The notes under the pieces: model-generated
Database searches by the model: none
The model's input: only the letters and a program-made list of their open reading frames with translations
Told to the model about the DNA's origin: nothing
Origin: an uncultured bacterium
GTDB lineage: Bacteria; Zixibacteria; MSB-5A5; CAIYYT01
Assembly (NCBI GenBank): GCA_963726455.1
Contig: CAVSCK010000004.1
Span: forward strand, 1,792,001-1,856,000
Reading direction: 5' to 3'
Length of the DNA: 64,000 nucleotides
Shown: positions 59,206 to 64,000 of the stretch, in pieces
How the letters are laid out: each line of letters starts with the position of its first letter
How positions within the stretch are numbered: position 1 is the stretch's first letter
Made by a program: the position numbers and the translations under genes

Positions 59206-62200
59206 CTACTTCATAAGAGTCATCTTGACGGTCTTCTGGTAGTCCGAAGTCTCGAACCTGTAGAAGTAAATACCGGAAGCGACTTTCTCACCATATGTGT
59301 TGGTGCCGTTCCAGACTACGCGGTGCATACCCGCCGGCTGGTACTCGTTCACCAATTCCTTGACTAGCTGTCCAACCACGTTGTAAATGCGGATGCTGAC
59401 GTCAGTAGCCGTCGGCAGTCCGTAGTTGATGGCGGTTTCCGGGTTGAACGGATTCGGTTGATTTTGCGCAACCTCGTACGTCGCCGGAAGATCTACCATC
59501 GCTGTCGCATCGTGATTAGGAAATGGCACATCCGTCGACAACAGGAACTTGTTGTCCTTGTCGCGGATATCGGCTCTGGTCATCGCCACTTCCACCTTGC
59601 CGGAAACCAGCGGGCGGAAGTTCAATGTGGCAATCAAACCGGAACCGTCGAATGTGCGTCCCGCGCCGAGAACCGCAGTCGACACCGATACCTTGCCGGC
59701 GGAACTGAGTTCTTTGAAGAAGATCGGCGAGGTCGAATTTGCCAGATCAGCACTCTCGGTAGTCGAGAGATACTGCAACCTGTCGGCGCTGAAGCTGATT
59801 TCTCCAATCAACGCCTTCGCCAGATTGTCGCGGTTATCGAGATACAGGTCGACCTGGAATGTGTTGCCGACCATTCTCTCAATCAACCGCAGCGCCGGCT
59901 TCAGCTCTATCGGTGTGCCGGTCAGGATAGGACGATCCTTGGCCGACGGCGTGACGGCGTCGAAGTTGATGGCAAATATCGCCAGATCTTCAAATTCGAC
60001 TCGGCTATCAGTTAGCGGAATTCCTTTGGGACTGTAGTTATGCGTAGGCCCAAAATCCGCCTCGTTGTTGTAACCGGCATCGCCTTGATTAAGGCCATAA
60101 GTCGACGAGAAGGTCATGAGATCGGTAAAATACACCTGGCCGTCATAGGCAGTGGCGACATCGCCAAGCCAGTACGACGTTGATCTCGCGCCGTTAGACG
60201 GCACCGAGAAATTGCCGGCCTTGTCAATTGTGAAGGCCGCATAATGGTAAACGTCTCTGGTGTCGTTGCTCACGTCAAGAACATCGGCATGAGTCACACC
60301 GGTACCACTGTAGACTTCATCACCAGTCAGCGGAGTCGTCGGATACGGACCTTCCGCGTTGGCATCATCGTACTCGGGATATCCGTGTCCGCCCGCATAC
60401 CAGTCAGTGCGCATGATCACGGCGTGATCGAAGTCGCTACTGGCGTTCGTCCAACTCAGATTGACCTTGTTGTGGCCCGGCGTCGCAACCAAACTGGTCG
60501 GCGCTGCCGGTGGCGTGATATCCTTCGTGAAGCACCAAGTGTAGGTGCATGAGTCGGCATTGCCACGACCGTTGTCGTCCATCACCTTGAGGCGAACACA
60601 ATGCTCGGCCTCAGACATCCCGTCAAACCCCGGAACCGTCCATACTGTGTTGTAGGTAGTTCCAGTCAGACCACTGGCGATCGGCAACCAATTGGCTGCC
60701 ACGCAACCGTCGATCTGATAATACAACGCCGAAAGATCGCAATCGTCCGTAGCCGTCAGATTGAGCACCGGAGCGACATTGAAGAATCCGTTGTTCGCCG
60801 GTGAGCTCACGACCACATCCGGATCGGCACAGTCGGCGACGAACGTCGTCGGTGACGCCAGAGGAGCCGGAATCTGATTGTTGGCGCCATCGCGCAGATC
60901 GCCATAGATCATAGCCAACTGATTGGCCGCGCAGACAGAGGTTGAACCGTTCATCGTAATCGTGAACAGGTCTGCCGGACCATCTTGCGAACCTGTGAGT
61001 ACTCCCAGATTGACCTTGAGAGTATCCTTCTCGCCCGCCGCATGATTAGTTTGCGTGAAGGCCACGAAATAATTGGATGATGCGCTGACTACGTCGACGA
61101 CATTCAACTCCGCTGGATATTCAATATGAATATTCGCGGCCTCCAGATCAGTCACGGCTGCGCCAAGCGCGACCGTTACCGTGAAGTCGCCGGAGCAATG
61201 ATATAGAATGTTGTCGGGCGTCATGTTGAGGCCACAATCGCTCGACGGGTTGTTGTCGACGTTCCCTCCGCCACCACCGATGTTATATGGCGGGATGCCG
61301 TTATAATCGCTGTAGCAATTGTTGGCGTAGTAGTTGCCTGCTGTTAAGTCAGAAGCGTTCGTGCCGTTGGCAAAAACATTATACTGGGCGGAAACATATC
61401 CACCTTCGTTGTACATGCCCGTGCCGTTGAAAAGCATCGTGTTCGAAGTGACGTTCGATGTCAGCGTCGCACCCGATTCCTCCCACAACACCAGACCTAC
61501 TTCGAAGTTGGTCAGGCGGTTGCCGGTGGCAGAGAAGTTCAGCACTTCTGGGGCGTACGCATCGGCTTCGAGCCCGTAGCCGCCGCCACCGCCATCAAGG
61601 ATATTGTTGGACGCCAAAGTCGTGATCGACATCGGCGACAGCACTGTGTTCGAACCGGCGCTCTTGGCTGCCAGATCAACGTCGAACGGTTGTGCCTTCG
61701 GCTGACGTCCCGGACCTTGGCCCGGATCGGCCACGATATTCCAATAGCTGGTAATACCGGTTCCTGCCGGGGTCGCGGTCACGGTGTTCTGGTCAATTGT
61801 GCCGCCAACCTGCAGGTAATTGATACCGATTTGGCATTCTTCAATCAGGTTGGACCGTACGAGAATGCCGCCGGTGATCGGGGGATCGTTGTACAACAGG
61901 ACACCCGCCGATGACCAGCCTGGCCCGGTGTAGGAACAGCCAGAGATCTGGTTGTTTACCACAGTACCAAGCGTACCGAAACCAAGTTGCACACCGTTCA
62001 TGGCGATAAACCCGGCCGGGCCGTAGCCATCGATGTTGCAGCCGGCCACGTTACCGGTTGTGTAGGCGCCGTTGATCGTGATGCCGCCTTTTTGGAATCC
62101 GTAGACATGAGAGGCGTTCACGTTCACTATGCGTTGCGGCAATGCCGTCGTGTAGGCATAGAGACCAATACCATGCTGCCCGCCACCGATCGGCGTGTCG

Positions 62201-64000
62201 CGCACATCTTTGATCTCGCAATTGTCAACCGTGCCGCCGGCGTTGAAGTAGCCAACACCAAGGAAGCGCGAGTTGATATTGCCCTTGCCGAGTCCGTCGA
62301 CCGTCAGATTGGAAATGTTGACCGCTACCGAATTCTCGGCAAACAAGATCGGCCTGTTAGCCGCTGACGTCATGAAGTACAACGGCAACTGCGTTGCCGG
62401 CGGCTGAATGATCGTCGAACCGATGCCGGAACCGATTAGATTCAGATTTGTGAAACCGGCAAAATGCACTTGGCCGACGTACGTTCCCGGAGCAATATTG
62501 ATAGTGCTGCCGGTTACCATATTCACGGCCTCCTGAATGCGATTGGCAGTGCCCAATTCTGGACTGTCATCATCCACCCAGAGGTTGGAGAAGTCACCGT
62601 AAAATCCGGGACCGCCGGTGTTAGACCCTGAATTCAGCCAAGGCGTATAGTCGACGGTGCCCGAAATCGAGCCCTTGATCGTTGCGGGATCAATGCTGCC
62701 CCACCAGTTGCCTGACATGTCAACGTTGAAAACTCCCCCACCCATGCTGCCGGTGCCGGCAAGTACGCTGTGGGCGGAATTTCCGCTGATATCGTTGTCA
62801 AACACCTTGAGCGAATTGGTGAAACCGGCTTCTGCAACGACATAGCAACCGTCGACGTTGTTCTTGATAAAGTTGTTAGTGAACTCCGCCGTGACGTTGC
62901 CCGAAGTATATCCCCAGATCTCAGTCGTCACATAGATGCCCGTACTGTTCGCCTTGCCCTGACCGTCGACAGTGTTATTCTTGAACTGCACGGTCACGGG
63001 AACATAAGCCCCTGCGCATGTGAGTCCCACGTCTACGTTCGTGATCGTGTTCTCCTGCACAAGTGGAGCGATATAGGGCGCAAAGACAAAGATGCCGTAA
63101 CCGTTGACAGGGCTATTGGAAATTTGGTTGCCCTGAATCAGATCGGCAGTTCCGCCGCCGTCACCGGCGTTGTCCGTGTGTACGCCGCTGCCGGAATTCG
63201 TTACGACATTGTAAAGGAACTGGACTCCCTTGGAATGATTCGAGGAAATGGCGTCGTTGCAGTCGGAGACTGTATTGTACGCCATGACGCCGGAGCCTCC
63301 GAAGTTAAACATGCCGATGGAGGCATATTCGGCCTGAACGTTCTGAATCGTGTTGTGATGGAAATTGAAAGTTCCATAGCTTGATGCGTAGATTCCTCGA
63401 AGGTAAATATTCTTCACCGTGCAATCGTGTATCTCAAGGTTATTGAAGATACCAAGTCGGTGGTCGGTAATAATACCGTTGCGTGCATCGAGGTCGGCGC
63501 CACCCACGAGGATACCGCTATTCAACCCTGGATTGTCGCCATCAAGTGTGAAACCGGAGATCGTGACGTCATTGGCCGCAACCAGCATGATCACGCTCGC
63601 GTCGGCCGGAAGTGAACCTCCGCCCGTATTGGGACCCGAGATCGCCGGATAAACAGTGACCAAAGCGGCGCCAGCGCCGTCCAAATTCACTGGCTTATCA
63701 ATGACAACGTTCTCGTAGTAGGTTCCCGCCAGAACATGCACCGTAGAACCGCTGACTGCATCGATTCCGTCCTGAATTGTCCCAAAAGCATCGTAACCAA
63801 AAAGGTAATCCGTGCTGTTTGCAGAGTTGTATGCGTCGACTTCCGCCTGACTGGTCCAAGCGGAGTTCACCCAGACTTCAGACGGATTGGAACCGAAGGA
63901 CATGGCGCTGGTGTTTTCACCTGCGATTTCGGGATAGTGCGAGAAGTCCGAGTACAACCAGGCGCCGCTAACATCCTGAGTCGCCGCGGTCCAATAGGCG
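59206..64000 (-). CDS. Very large secreted protein (5'-truncated by window edge): beta-helix repeats, cohesin-like, FN3-like, dockerin-like EF-hand, cohesin-like and FlgD-Ig/T9SS-like C-terminal domain
   Basis: Frame open to the window edge; TIQDGIDA..GSTVHVLAGTYYENVVIDK beta-helix start; PPAAPTSLVATPG; DGQVYFTDL / DSRVEFEDL; QNQPNPFNPET...GIYFYRF. Confidence 0.85.
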   Translation of the reverse strand, partial: AYWTAATQDVSGAWLYSDFSHYPEIAGENTSAMSFGSNPSEVWVNSAWTSQAEVDAYNSANSTDYLFGYDAFGTIQDGIDAVSGSTVHVLAGTYYENVVIDKPVNLDGAGAALVTVYPAISGPNTGGGSLPADASVIMLVAANDVTISGFTLDGDNPGLNSGILVGGADLDARNGIITDHRLGIFNNLEIHDCTVKNIYLRGIYASSYGTFNFHHNTIQNVQAEYASIGMFNFGGSGVMAYNTVSDCNDAISSNHSKGVQFLYNVVTNSGSGVHTDNAGDGGGTADLIQGNQISNSPVNGYGIFVFAPYIAPLVQENTITNVDVGLTCAGAYVPVTVQFKNNTVDGQGKANSTGIYVTTEIWGYTSGNVTAEFTNNFIKNNVDGCYVVAEAGFTNSLKVFDNDISGNSAHSVLAGTGSMGGGVFNVDMSGNWWGSIDPATIKGSISGTVDYTPWLNSGSNTGGPGFYGDFSNLWVDDDSPELGTANRIQEAVNMVTGSTINIAPGTYVGQVHFAGFTNLNLIGSGIGSTIIQPPATQLPLYFMTSAANRPILFAENSVAVNISNLTVDGLGKGNINSRFLGVGYFNAGGTVDNCEIKDVRDTPIGGGQHGIGLYAYTTALPQRIVNVNASHVYGFQKGGITINGAYTTGNVAGCNIDGYGPAGFIAMNGVQLGFGTLGTVVNNQISGCSYTGPGWSSAGVLLYNDPPITGGILVRSNLIEECQIGINYLQVGGTIDQNTVTATPAGTGITSYWNIVADPGQGPGRQPKAQPFDVDLAAKSAGSNTVLSPMSITTLASNNILDGGGGGYGLEADAYAPEVLNFSATGNRLTNFEVGLVLWEESGATLTSNVTSNTMLFNGTGMYNEGGYVSAQYNVFANGTNASDLTAGNYYANNCYSDYNGIPPYNIGGGGGNVDNNPSSDCGLNMTPDNILYHCSGDFTVTVALGAAVTDLEAANIHIEYPAELNVVDVVSASSNYFVAFTQTNHAAGEKDTLKVNLGVLTGSQDGPADLFTITMNGSTSVCAANQLAMIYGDLRDGANNQIPAPLASPTTFVADCADPDVVVSSPANNGFFNVAPVLNLTATDDCDLSALYYQIDGCVAANWLPIASGLTGTTYNTVWTVPGFDGMSEAEHCVRLKVMDDNGRGNADSCTYTWCFTKDITPPAAPTSLVATPGHNKVNLSWTNASSDFDHAVIMRTDWYAGGHGYPEYDDANAEGPYPTTPLTGDEVYSGTGVTHADVLDVSNDTRDVYHYAAFTIDKAGNFSVPSNGARSTSYWLGDVATAYDGQVYFTDLMTFSSTYGLNQGDAGYNNEADFGPTHNYSPKGIPLTDSRVEFEDLAIFAINFDAVTPSAKDRPILTGTPIELKPALRLIERMVGNTFQVDLYLDNRDNLAKALIGEISFSADRLQYLSTTESADLANSTSPIFFKELSSAGKVSVSTAVLGAGRTFDGSGLIATLNFRPLVSGKVEVAMTRADIRDKDNKFLLSTDVPFPNHDATAMVDLPATYEVAQNQPNPFNPETAINYGLPTATDVSIRIYNVVGQLVKELVNEYQPAGMHRVVWNGTNTYGEKVASGIYFYRFETSDYQKTVKMTLMK

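Overview
Bacterial chromosomal window, most consistent with a candidate-phylum Zixibacteria / FCB-like anaerobe. This is inferred from the dockerin repeats, FlgD-Ig/T9SS-like C-termini and many multiheme cytochromes. In order it contains: the 3' part of selD; an AmmeMemoRadiSam/DUF362/polyferredoxin cluster whose members carry Sec or Tat export signals; RNA methyltransferases (split RsmF-like, trmB); a TetR operon with two CbcL-like c/b-type cytochromes (17 and 11 CxxCH); tRNA-Ser(GCT); two small lipoproteins; a truncated tad locus (tadC, tadB, cpaF) joined head-to-head to a secretin 3' fragment; an NTPase and a Zn-dependent ADH; a degenerate minimal flagellin with a divergent partner gene; a diguanylate cyclase-nagZ-anmK-spoIID-ompA run; ppiD; a TetR-RND efflux system; a five-gene operon that looks like a complete trans-envelope electron conduit (heme-b membrane protein, 20-heme cytochrome, ~70-heme cytochrome built of 72-aa triheme repeats, beta-barrel porin, membrane-anchored circularly permuted ferredoxin-flavoprotein); and large secreted HYR, beta-helix and cohesin-dockerin proteins. 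At least six single-base frameshifts, several in short homopolymers, split otherwise intact genes and are most likely sequencing errors. All calls come from manual motif reading; no database searches were run.
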